Shown one piece after another: positions 13,709 through 24,193 of a DNA stretch of 64,000 nt. Made by a program: the position numbers and the translations under genes. Source of the stretch: Octopus bimaculoides (lineage: Eukaryota); contig NC_068991.1 of NCBI RefSeq assembly GCF_001194135.2, forward strand, positions 9,471,929 through 9,535,928, read 5' to 3'. The notes below the pieces were generated by a model. The model was given only the letters and a program-made list of their open reading frames with translations. It was not told the DNA's origin and did no database searches. Position 1 is the stretch's first letter, and every line of letters begins with the position of its first letter.

Positions 13709-13955
13709 GATGTAGAATTCTAGGAGATATATTACTTGAGAGACAATTATAAAAACATTTTGTCAAAGAAACCGTTCTGTTTTGTATTTACTGATTTAGA
13801 CTTTTGAGAGGACCCATACAAATTTAAAGTTGTTACACTAATGGTGTTAAGCAGTCTGTATCCACATTGAATTTAGTGATGCTTTACAGGTTGATATGAT
13901 TTGACTTTGAACTTAGTCCACTCTACCTGAGCTTAGTTTTTGGGTCCATCTTTAA

Positions 13956-14175
13956 CCCTTTAGCATTCAGATTACTGTTAAATGTAATGCTTATATTATT
14001 CACGTAATCTTGAATTAATCAAGTATTAATCTTGTAGCTTTGAGATTTCAATGATGTGATTGTTTATTTTTAGAATGACATTGTATGGTCAACGTGAGAG
14101 GCTCAGCCTGTTCATTTGGAACACAAAACTAGTAGAATATTTGGGCCGGATATGGCTTGTTTAAATGCTAAAGGG
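13956..14175. mobile_element. TTAA-flanked MITE family A (piggyBac-like), intact
   Basis: TTAA|CCCTTTAGCATT ... AATGCTAAAGGG|TTAA: perfect 12-bp TIRs and TTAA duplication, 220 bp. Confidence 0.88.
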
Positions 14176-14679
14176 TTAAGAAATTTGAGATGAGATGACT
14201 TTGTAGATTTCCTGTCCTGGATATTTAGAATGTAGAAAAAAACCCAACAAAATCTGTGGTTAAATTAGGTTTGTTGTGGTGCAGTCTTTATTCAGTTTTT
14301 GAAATAATTCATTTGCTTTTCTCACCAACTCCATTATTTAATTTTTTTTTTTACAGCTCCTGCATTGTTTGACATCATTGTTCTTACCAAATATCTATCT
14401 TTAAACACCTGTTACTTTGAAGTATCATGTTTTTTAAAAATATTTTTGAATATGCTCATATTCTATATTGATTTCAGTCATCAGTTGCAAATCTAAATAA
14501 CTGCAAAGTGTTAATTTATGTTTCATTAGTAATCCTAGAAATCACGAACAAACTGTTAAAACAACTGACACAACACATCACTCATATTCATTTTCATAAT
14601 GATTTAACCCGATACGAAACAATAGTTTGTGTCTTTACTGCAGTTAAAGGAAGTAATAATAATAATGGTTTCAAATTTT

Positions 14680-15145
14680 GGTACAAGGCCAGCGAGTTTG
14701 GGTGGGGGGAATGAGTCGATTCCATCAACCTCCAGTACTCAACTGGTACTTATTTTATCAACTGGCCTTTGTAGGGTTTTCGAGCGAGATCATTGCCAGT
14801 GCCCCTGGACTGGCTCTTGTGTGGGTGGCACATAAAAGACACCATTTCGAGCGTGGCCGTTTTCATGCGGGTGACACGTAAAAGCACCCACTACACTCTG
14901 AGTGGTTGGCGTTAGGAAGGGCATCCAGCTGTAGAAACTCTGCCAAATTAGATTGGAGCCTGGTGTTGCCATCCGGTTTCACCAGTCCTCAATCAAATCG
15001 TCCAACCCATGCTAGCATGGAAAGCGGACGTTAAACGATGATGATGATGAAAGGATGAAAGGCAAAGTTGACCTCGATGGAATTTGAACTCAGAACGTAG
15101 CAACAGATGAAATACCATTAAGCATTTCGCCCAGCATTCTAACGA
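14680..15145 (-). mobile_element. SINE family 2 interrupted by a plus-strand RTE 3' fragment (about 14770-15050)
   Basis: Family-2 3' half at 14680-14770 and 5' half at 15051-15145 flank an RTE tail ending in (ATG)n. Confidence 0.8.
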
Positions 15146-15174
15146 TAATAATAATAATATAATAATCCTTAATA

Positions 15175-15360
15175 TTTTTGGCACAAGCACAGCAATATTG
15201 AGGGGAGGTGTTTGTTGATTATATTCACCCAGGTATTTTATTTTATCAACCCTGAAACAAAGTAAAATTGACCTCATTGGCATTTGAACTTGGAACATAA
15301 AGAGTCAGAAGAAATGTTGCTAAGTATTTTGTCTGACATGCTAACATTTCTGCTGACTTG
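15175..15360 (-). mobile_element. SINE family 2, diverged
   Basis: AAAATTGACCTCATTGGCATTTGAACTTGGAAC, reverse match to family 2. Confidence 0.65.
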
Positions 15361-15619
15361 AATAAAGTGGTAGGATGGATTTGATTGGTGGGATTAATGT
15401 ATTTCTTCAACTTTTGCTGATTGTTAGGAAAGAAATGCTGGTTATTTAGAACAGTAAGACACATAGTATGGTGTGTGACTGACAGCAGCTGAGTAGTTTT
15501 GTTTTGCACTAGTCTAAAGTTGTTTCAGTGATCCAATGAGCTATGGCATTCACTCATAAGATAAATACCTCTATTAAATAAAAAAAAAAAAAAGTGGGAG
15601 GTTGGGGTGGGGTGGGCAG

Positions 15620-16010
15620 TAATAAATGTTGGTTGGCAAAATCTCAGGTCATCAAGCCATTGCTGAGTCCTCAATCGCCGCCATTGTGATGGGGTTTCAT
15701 TGACAATGAGCTTTCAACAATCAAGGTCTTTCATTGCAGTCCATAGAAGTTAGCACCTGATGAATGTCATGATCCAGCCCCTCAGTATGTTATTGCAGGT
15801 CTTCCTTGCTCCCCCATGTGTTGGTTTCCATAGCAGCACTTGGTGATTTAATCCATCTTTTTCTTCTGTCTTCAGTTGGTTGATTGTGCTTTTCATGATA
15901 CGCTTGTTGCTTCTCTGAGCAGTTAGGTGTGTAGTTCATCTTGGTGTTTCGTGAACTTTGTAAAAGTCCGACATTGTGTTCCGTGAAGAGGTAGGCTTTC
16001 TACAGTTTCT
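15620..16010 (-). mobile_element. Decayed RTE-clade LINE ORF2 C-terminus
   Basis: Minus-strand VLLWKPTHG...(frameshift) GRPAITY, typical of RTE/RTE-X C-termini. Confidence 0.6.
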
Positions 16011-16649
16011 GAAGAACTCAACTTTTGTTATTTTGGGAGATACTTTTATCACAAGGAAACCATTTTTTCTAGTGTTGTTCAAGTCATACTAATTCTGGTT
16101 TACATATCTTTCTTGGTATATCTCACAACAGAATCTAAATAATTATTTTAGCACACATAATCTGTAATTCCCAAATGTGCTTGTGCAAAAAGCCATTCTT
16201 TTAGCAGCTCATAATCTTACAAGCATGCACTTACAAAAATGACATGGAATACTTCCTCATACCATTCTTCAGATACATCTGCTCCAGCCTCATGTCAGCC
16301 ATCTTGAACCTCTGCTCCAGTAACATACACTCTAAAGTAGTTCCTCTCAAATTCACCAGCTTTCTTAACAAATACAGCATCAGATACAAATACAGCATCT
16401 CTACAACTTAAACTTACCAGGGATTACCCAGCAGAATTCACTCAACATGTAAAACGCAGGAACTAAAGCAAAATGGCTTTCAGAAATACCATGTGGACCT
16501 ACAGTTACTACATTTGATCAACACAAATAATAAGCACTAATGTACATACAGTATGTTAAATCAATGAATTATGTCTGTTTACTCTCTCGATTTTTTTTTT
16601 TTTTTTAAATCTTATAGAAATATAAACACAAAATAGCACACTTAGAATT

Positions 16650-17040
16650 GGCAGTTCACATACATCTTATGCCCACAGCTGATCTGTATAATGAGACAAA
16701 AATATTAAGAATGGAAGATTACCTGGACATGTATGAAACACATCTTATTACCTTAGTAAATTCTCCCTCCACCCACAATTCTTGCAACTGCATGTACAGT
16801 CACTCCCGAACACTTATACATATCGACACCACCACTGTATGTATGCTAATCTTTCGGCTTTGTCTAGAGAAACACAAAAGGCAGATTCATGGAAAAATAG
16901 CAGCAGCAACAGCAGTTTTATCCTCATCAGTCTCAAGAATCATGTTAGGATGTACTCGAACAATAAATGTAGTGCTCCAGCCATTATCATCTTGCTTGAG
17001 TCTACTGTGGTCACTTCCTGGCATGTAACAACAGATTGGT
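16650..17040 (+). mobile_element. Possible decayed non-LTR retrotransposon RT C-terminal fragments
   Basis: NETKILRMEDYLDM and RIMLGCTRTINV resemble Jockey/I-type post-RT motifs; weak, and the order is unusual. Confidence 0.3.
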
Positions 17041-18429
17041 AACTAGAGAAGATGCAACCTGCCAATTTATCATACTGCACTCCATATGATAAACCCTTGC
17101 TTGTCAGAATGTGGTCTCCAACTAAGCTAAAGTATTGCTTAGTGTGTCAATCTTAGTTGTTTGATGAAACTACTTTTGTGTTAGAGATCTGCTCGGTCAG
17201 GTTTCATTTGGGAGCTTTGTACCACAACAGTATTCTATTTCACTTCATTATTCCAGTTACTCTTTGGCTTATTGATTGTTATATTATCTATGTGCATATT
17301 GTGGTGCAATATCCTGATTAAACTAATCTTATCTTTTATTTATTATTAAGTATAACAAATTTTAAATTCTAGCAGTAGGATATCATTCGATATAGTATCA
17401 TGAGAATGATGGTACTCACCACTAAGCATTGTTATTAAAATTGGTAACTGTACTAGTTCTAGTACTGCTGATTGCTGTTTAATTAGCTAATGTAATTCTA
17501 CATTAAACTTAATAAATGATAAAACCTGTTGAAATGGATCAAGGTTGAATTAAAATTTGGGATAATAATCTGAAGCCAACATCATTGATTTCAGTGGTTT
17601 ATGCTGTTTGAGGTCAGGTCAGCATTATCAGTTCATTTAGTGCTTAAAGAGTTAAGTAGTAAACACTAAAGAGGTGTGATCTAATATTGAAAATGAATGG
17701 CTAGCTGTACATTTGTTCAATAAGTGCCATAAGCTTGAGATTAAAGATAATTGTATGAGCTTGTTTGAAACATTAACGGTAATTGTTGGCAGTGGGGGTA
17801 TAAAGGATAGGAGTGAGTAAGCAGTGTTGCCAGGATAATCTTCTTAATCCATGCTACTTTGACAGGCTAAAATATTATTGCTTATAAAATGTCACTTTGG
17901 AGAACTCCCTATGTGAACCCTCCTACCATCTAATTTAGCTAATGTCTTTTAACAACAGTATTTTTCTTTTATGTTTTGGTGGCCATCTCCATTGATTGAT
18001 TTTTTTCAGCCATGTTGATGGCTTCTATTCTTTATGGAATATGTTAGAGTGCAGGATAATCAATAAAATACGTTTATTTTTTATTATATTGAATGTAAAA
18101 AAAAAACTTTTTTATTGATTTCTTTAAGCACAATACCACAAAATTTTGAAAGGAAGAAGACTAGAAAGTGTATGTGCAGGGAAGAATTGGTTTGGTTTTA
18201 CTGACCGTTAGATTCCAATTGCCAGAATCTAGACTTTGATCTACAGTGCTTATGGTTTATTTTAAAACCTATGTCAATTCTAAATCTCTTATAGCTTTCT
18301 GTATGGTCTTGTTTTATTTTTATTTAGATTTTTCAAGTTTCCTATTGTTGACCAGCAAATTATTCATGGTTACTATCTTAAAGTCAGAAATAACTATTTT
18401 AAATTTATGGTCTTCCATGTACCGTGACA

Positions 18430-18590
18430 TTCATCATTTACTGTCTGTTTTCCATGCTGGCATGGGTTGGATAGTTTGATAGGTCCAGTGTTGGCGTTGG
18501 CATGTTTTCTATGACCGGATGCCCTTCTTAATGCCAACCACCTTACATTGTGTTGGGTGCTTTTTCCACACATCTGGTACCACTAAGGTT
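18430..18590 (-). mobile_element. RTE LINE 3' UTR fragment, diverged
   Basis: TTCCATGCTGGCATGGGTTGGA...GGATGCCCTTCTTAATGCCAACCAC. Confidence 0.7.
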
Positions 18591-19444
18591 GTCGAGTAAG
18601 TTGAATGAATGACAAAAAGAATTTTAAAAAATTCAGTTACTGTTTAAATCCCTTAAACAAATTCTTCATGAAAGTTTTTAACTATTAGGCATAATTTCTT
18701 TGAACTTGTTTTAAGAAGAAGAAAAATTTAAAGCACAGAAGGATGTTTAATGAGGATTTGATTGCAGGCTTCTTTTCTTCTCAAAGCAGTTCATAACTAG
18801 ATATTTCAAGAAATTTGGTTCTAATTGTAGAATTTTAAATCTTAGAGTGAACTAAAATCAAAATGCTTGAAGTGGGGGAGGCAAGATCCACAAAAGCAGA
18901 AAATGGGTTGTACTTAGTGCAGATATTGGGTGGTGTTTTCTTGATTGAGCAGAAGACCAGGGTCAAAAGCATTCCAACTATGATCATCTTGTTTTTTTAT
19001 TTTTTTTATTTGGTACTATATTATCTAATGTGCCTGGAATTTAGCTGCTGTTTCTCACAGGTCAAGCTATTATGCAGAGACACCCTCGTTTGGCTTGTAA
19101 TATTCATATAAAATTGCTGTAGCAGCTAAAGTCAGTTGTAAGATAGTGCTCCTATATAAAATAGGAGCAACATGGTGGAAGTAATTTGGGAGAGTTGGTG
19201 TAGATGTCAGGAAAATATGTGTAGTATTAGTAATTTCAATGAAGGACAAATTTTCTCTTAACCTGTTGATTCAGTCTATGTACAGCCTTCCTAAAACCAA
19301 TCAAATATTTCCTGATGAACAGCATGCTGCTTTTAGTCTTGTACTTCAACATTATATTTCTTCCCAGGTTTACTTTGATGCCAAAATTGGTTCAGAATCA
19401 GAAAGAATTACAATAATCACATTTGGTATTTTCACCATTATTCA

Positions 19445-19765
19445 TATGGGTGGTTAAAAAGCTTGCTTTGTAACCATGTGGTTTCAAATTCAGTACCATT
19501 GTGTGTGACACTTTGGGCAAGTGTCTTCTGTTGCCCTGGGCCAACCAATGCCTAGTGAGAGTTTTGTAGATGGAATCTGTTTTGAACCTTGTTGGATGTA
19601 TTTGTGTGTTTTTGTGGTTCATCCCCCTCTACTGCCTGACAGCCAGTGTTGGTTTAAGACCCCATAACTTAGTTTGGCAGTACTGGGGTCAATTTGTTCA
19701 ACTAAAAACCTTTCAAGGCAGTGCCCCAGCATGGCCACAGTTCAGTGACTGAAACAAGTAAGAGA
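19445..19765 (+). mobile_element. SINE family 1
   Basis: ACACTTTGGGCAAGTGTCTTC and tail CCCCAGCATGGCCACAG...GACTGAAACAAGTAAGAG. Confidence 0.78.
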
Positions 19766-20447
19766 TAACTGTTAACTTCTAAGGTTCTTCGTTTATTGTA
19801 TCCTCATAATTACATCATCTCTTTCCTTGTTAACATAGACCGAGGTGCATAAGCTAGAATCCTTCTCCTCGTCTGAAACTCGTATTCATGCCAGCAGCAA
19901 CAGCTGCATTTGTATCCTGTTCAGGCTGTGACTCAGTCTTTCACATTTTGATGTCTGTCCTTCGTATCGGTTAATTTCTGTGTTTGCTTATCGTGACTGC
20001 AGCACCAGGAACATTTCTCAAGCATTGAAGGATGCATTTGACATTAAGAATATTCTTTTATCAATATCGTCGTCCTGGTCATTGTAAAAGATTTCTTCAA
20101 TTACTTTTATGGTACAGTAGTGCCTTATTGAATGACATCCACTTGAAATAAATAAATAAATATAAGACTGGTTGCTACTCATAATTACTAGACTACAACT
20201 GATAACATAGTCATTAGTTTTCATTCTTTACAGCTAGTATTTTAGCCCCAGGAAATACACTTCACTTTGCTTGTTAAGAAAATTTGAAGGGTTTATTTTA
20301 AGAAATATATATATTTTTTCTTTACATGAAGGTCATTCACTTATGAAAAACAATTGGTCCAGTATTACAGAATACCTAAATCAGACATTGTTAGCGTTGT
20401 AAAATGGTATTAGAAATTAAAACCTTGCTGAAACATTCTTTACTGAA

Positions 20448-20480
<33 letters not shown>

Positions 20481-20522
20481 TTTTCATAATCGGTCATAAT
20501 GTCTTACGTTTAAGATGATTCC

Positions 20523-20621
20523 CATGCTTTCCCTGATGAGAAGGTTACAATTTTAATATCAAAGATCCCTATGGATCACACAGGTTGTAATCCTTTGAAA
20601 CATATGTAGGAATAAAGTATG
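20523..20621 (+). ncRNA. Type I hammerhead ribozyme-like motif (Penelope/retrozyme type)
   Basis: Core CTGATGA 20533-20539 and GAAA 20597-20600; stem II AAGGTTACAA/TTGTAA(T)CCTT; palindromic stem III ACATATGT with GUA triplet (cleavage after 20608); stem I CATGCTTTCC/GGAA(TAA)AGTATG. Confidence 0.72.
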
Positions 20622-21179
20622 CAATTATAACATGCGTTTTCTCCAATCCTTAAATTCTTAAATATACTCAAATACCCAAAATTTCAAGGAGTTCCTGCCT
20701 TAAAAACAGGAGCTAACCACTGTTATTTTGTGTTCTTTGCTACATTGGTTTCTATTAACCCATTTATTCTATCAGAAGAATTTTTATTCATTAAGATAGA
20801 AGAAATACACATAATTATATATATATATATATATTTATATTTATTGTGTTGACATTAGTTGATGCAAGTTGATTCATAAAAAAAAAATGTTTTTGCTCTA
20901 GTTAATGAAATGTTAATTAGTGAGCTATTAGTAATAGTATTCTGTTTGTTTGTAAAATTTAATAATCCAGTAACTAATAAGTCCTTGTGGAGTGTGCAAT
21001 GATTATGATATTGAGAATTAGTGACATTTTCATAAATTAAGGTATAAAGTGGCTTATATATTTTGAATCTGTACCATTGTCTCACGAAACAATTCTATCA
21101 CAATACATTTCTGTGTTGACACTGAGAGTATAATCCACCAACTTGTTCCTATAGAAAATTGGCTGTTTTATCATCATCA

Positions 21180-21430
21180 TCACTATCCTCTGGGCATCAC
21201 TCTCAAGTCTTTGGACTCATAGTTACTCAGTTTTCATAGTATGTAGGTGACTGAAGTCACAAAATTCTCCCTTAAGTCAGATGCCAGTCCATTGCAGGGC
21301 CACTCATTTACAGCTGAGTGGATTGGACCAACATGAAATGAAGTGTTTTGCTCAAGAACACTGCACTGCTCAGTCAAAGAATGAAAACCATGATCTTGAT
21401 GTTGTGAGTTCATCACACTAACCACAATAC
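21180..21430 (-). mobile_element. SINE family 3
   Basis: GAAATGAAGTGTTTTGCTCAAGAACAC, reverse of the family-3 core. Confidence 0.7.
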
Positions 21431-22879
21431 TTTGTATTAAAATTTTGCTTTCGTAATTGTAAATTACAAATTTTCTTAAATCATTTTCAGGTGGTGGGGT
21501 GGCCATATCAAGCAGTTTGGAGTTTAATTCTTCCTTGTAGTATTTCTCTTTTGGGCTATCCTTTGGAGATGATATCACAAGGCTAAACCCAAATAGCATT
21601 GTGTTTTATCTATTTGTTTGACAATTTTGGGAAAATCTTTTTATTTCTTTAATTTTTCTTGAGTTCATAAACAGATTTATACATACATATACTTACACAA
21701 AAAATACAAACAAGCAATTCGTGAAAAAATAAGGTGTGTCTGTGTGTTTCACTGTTCAATTCACTCGCGGACATGAAAGACAATTGGTATATGTGTATGA
21801 CTGTATGTTACTGAGAACTGAAAGCAAATAAAAAAATAAAAACTTACAGAAATTGCTGAGCAAATAGATAAAACAGAACAATCTTTACTTTCAGTTTTGT
21901 TCCACCATCTGTTTTGTTTTCCCAATTTCTGCCCAAGTCAACATTGTTCTTCATTCTGCAGGAGTCACCAGCAGTCCTGGGCTGATGTAATTCACTATGC
22001 TATTAAAGTACAATGTCTGAAACTAGTAAAAGGAAAGAAGAAAAATGAATGTTAAGAGTTGTTAAAAAAAAAACAAATTTCATTTCCTGTTCAGGAGAGT
22101 GAATGCCAGAATAAGTTTTTTCATGTATTAAGTTTTTCTCCCTCACTCTCTTTAAAACTTTTCTTTACACCTGTGTGTGTGTGTTTGTCATAGTATAACA
22201 TATATTTCTGTAGCAATTGTTCAGTGACCTGGTCAGCTTTAGTGAAACAGATCTTTGTAGTTTATAACCAATTGAATGTATAGGAGCATTCTACTATCCC
22301 AGTACCTTAAATATGCTTAAATCTTGTTTGTACTGTGTATGTACAAAAGCCACACAGTCGTTGGTTGTGTGGAAGGTTGCATAAGAGATGAGAAAGAATG
22401 ATTTAGTTGTTTGGTAAGTTTAAATTCCTTGGAATTTATTAGAAGTGTTTTGTAAATCAACACCGATTGTCTCATGAGATTGAAAATCTATACTCTTATT
22501 TTAGAGTATATGCTGTTTGTCTACATTTATATGACAGAGATAGATTTAAAATGTGTTGCAGTCTAATGTATTTGTGGTTAGACATGTACTTTAACCCTTT
22601 AGTGTTCAGATCAATCTGTCAAATGTGATGCTTATTTGTTCACGTTATTTTGAATTATTCAGGTTCAGGAGGGGTGACCACAATATTTACTCCTAGCTTT
22701 CATTTTTTACATACAGCTTTGAAATTTTGTCAGTGGTTGCTTATATACCAGTGGATTATAGTTATGTAATTTTAGCTGATCTTGTTGATTAAATTTGACT
22801 TTTATGGGCAGGTAAATTTAATTAACATGTGTAAAAGCAATAACATTATGGATAAACACTGAAATTTGATGATGTACAA

Positions 22880-23350
22880 AGTATAAATAAAAACAGTGAT
22901 TTGTCTTTGGACAAATCATATTGATATTTATGAATCCTCGTCGGATGAGGAAGATTTTGATAACGAAAGTGATAAAAAATGGAAGTGATGAAAATGATAT
23001 TGAAAACCTTATGGCAATATGGTTGAAGATTACATCAACCATAATTCCCAATTTCACAGAAAGGACTAGTTCACAATACAGTCTACCTCATGATGCTCAA
23101 ACATTGGACTATTTATTTTTATTTTTACTGAAAAGTTTTTTTTTTAACTGTCATGGAGGAAACAAATATGCTCAACACATAATTTCTATTCGTGGAAGAC
23201 CCAATCCACTATGGCAGCCAACTGATACTGCAGAAATGCAAACTTCTTTTACTCTAAACATTAGGTTTGGTATGAAGCAGCTTCCTCAGCTGTGGAACTA
23301 TTGTGACATTTTGGCATCCAGATATTGTTTGACATAATCCATGTATTCTA
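22880..23350 (+). mobile_element. Decayed piggyBac (PGBD-like) transposase, N-terminal region
   Basis: Acidic stretch ESSSDEEDFDNESD, then LDYLFLF...NKYAQH...WQPTDTAEMQ..LNIRFGMKQLPQLWNY matches the piggyBac NxYA..W.PT..EM..F.G...GI..LP....YW pattern; frameshifted. Confidence 0.7.
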
Positions 23351-24169
23351 GGAATGTATGAAACATTTTGGTGCTGCCTATTTGGCATCACTGATTTTCC
23401 ACTGGCTTTTGACAACAGATGTTTCAATGTTTTCCTCAATTTCTCTGTCTCTCTCTCTATCTTCCTATCTGTGAGAGCAATTATGTTTTTATGTATGTGT
23501 AATGCCTGTCTCTCTTCCCTCTCTCTCCCTATTTCTGTATGTGTATATGTCTCCATATGTTTGTCTCCAGTGTCAAAATGTACTGTCAGCCAAAACACAA
23601 TGTTCGGTCATCCATGCCAGATTGTGAGCATCCAAACAGCTGCACCCTCCCAGGTCATTCCATACTCTTGGTGTGCTTGCAGTAATCTTTTCACTTCAGT
23701 TTTTGTCCTTCATCTGCTGAGCGAAAGTCATTATGAAGTCTGTGATGCTTATGTGTGGTAGGTGAATAGTCATGTTTGGTGTTGGAAGATTTGTTTGGTA
23801 CAACAATTAGTGTTTGCAGTACCACATAATTTATAAATGTATGAAGTTGGGGGTTGGTGAGTTATGTCCTTGGTGTGTGAGAAAATGTGACTGTAATGTC
23901 TATAGTCAGTGTGTGACATTCAACAATTCTTTTTCTTTTTTTTATTATTTTTAATTCAACTAATGTCAATGTACCAAAATTTTTTAGGTGTCTCACAAAG
24001 AATTTTTAGTTATATTTTCACTCCCCCTCTGTTTAAATTTGGCAGTGATATTGTATATATTTAGAGCAGTTGTCATTAACATTTTCCTTGATAATCATAA
24101 CAATTTACTGTATAAGAATGTCATTTTATTTTCTAAATGTTTCAGAACTGAACTAGAAATCCAAAAATC

Positions 24170-24193
24170 ATGTCTGGTGAAGATCAAATAGAG
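24170..24193 (+). CDS. CNOT4: CNOT4 coding exon 1 (MSGEDQIE); exon starts at acceptor 24146 with 24 nt of 5' UTR
   Basis: TTCAG acceptor ending 24145, ATG at 24170, GAG|GTAAGT donor, phase 0, joins directly to CPLC of the RING. Confidence 0.85.

Noticed and set aside
23560-23900. Possible decayed Penelope 3' end with CAGATGAAGG...GAAA on the minus strand
   Set aside because: Core broken, no stems and no convincing protein motif
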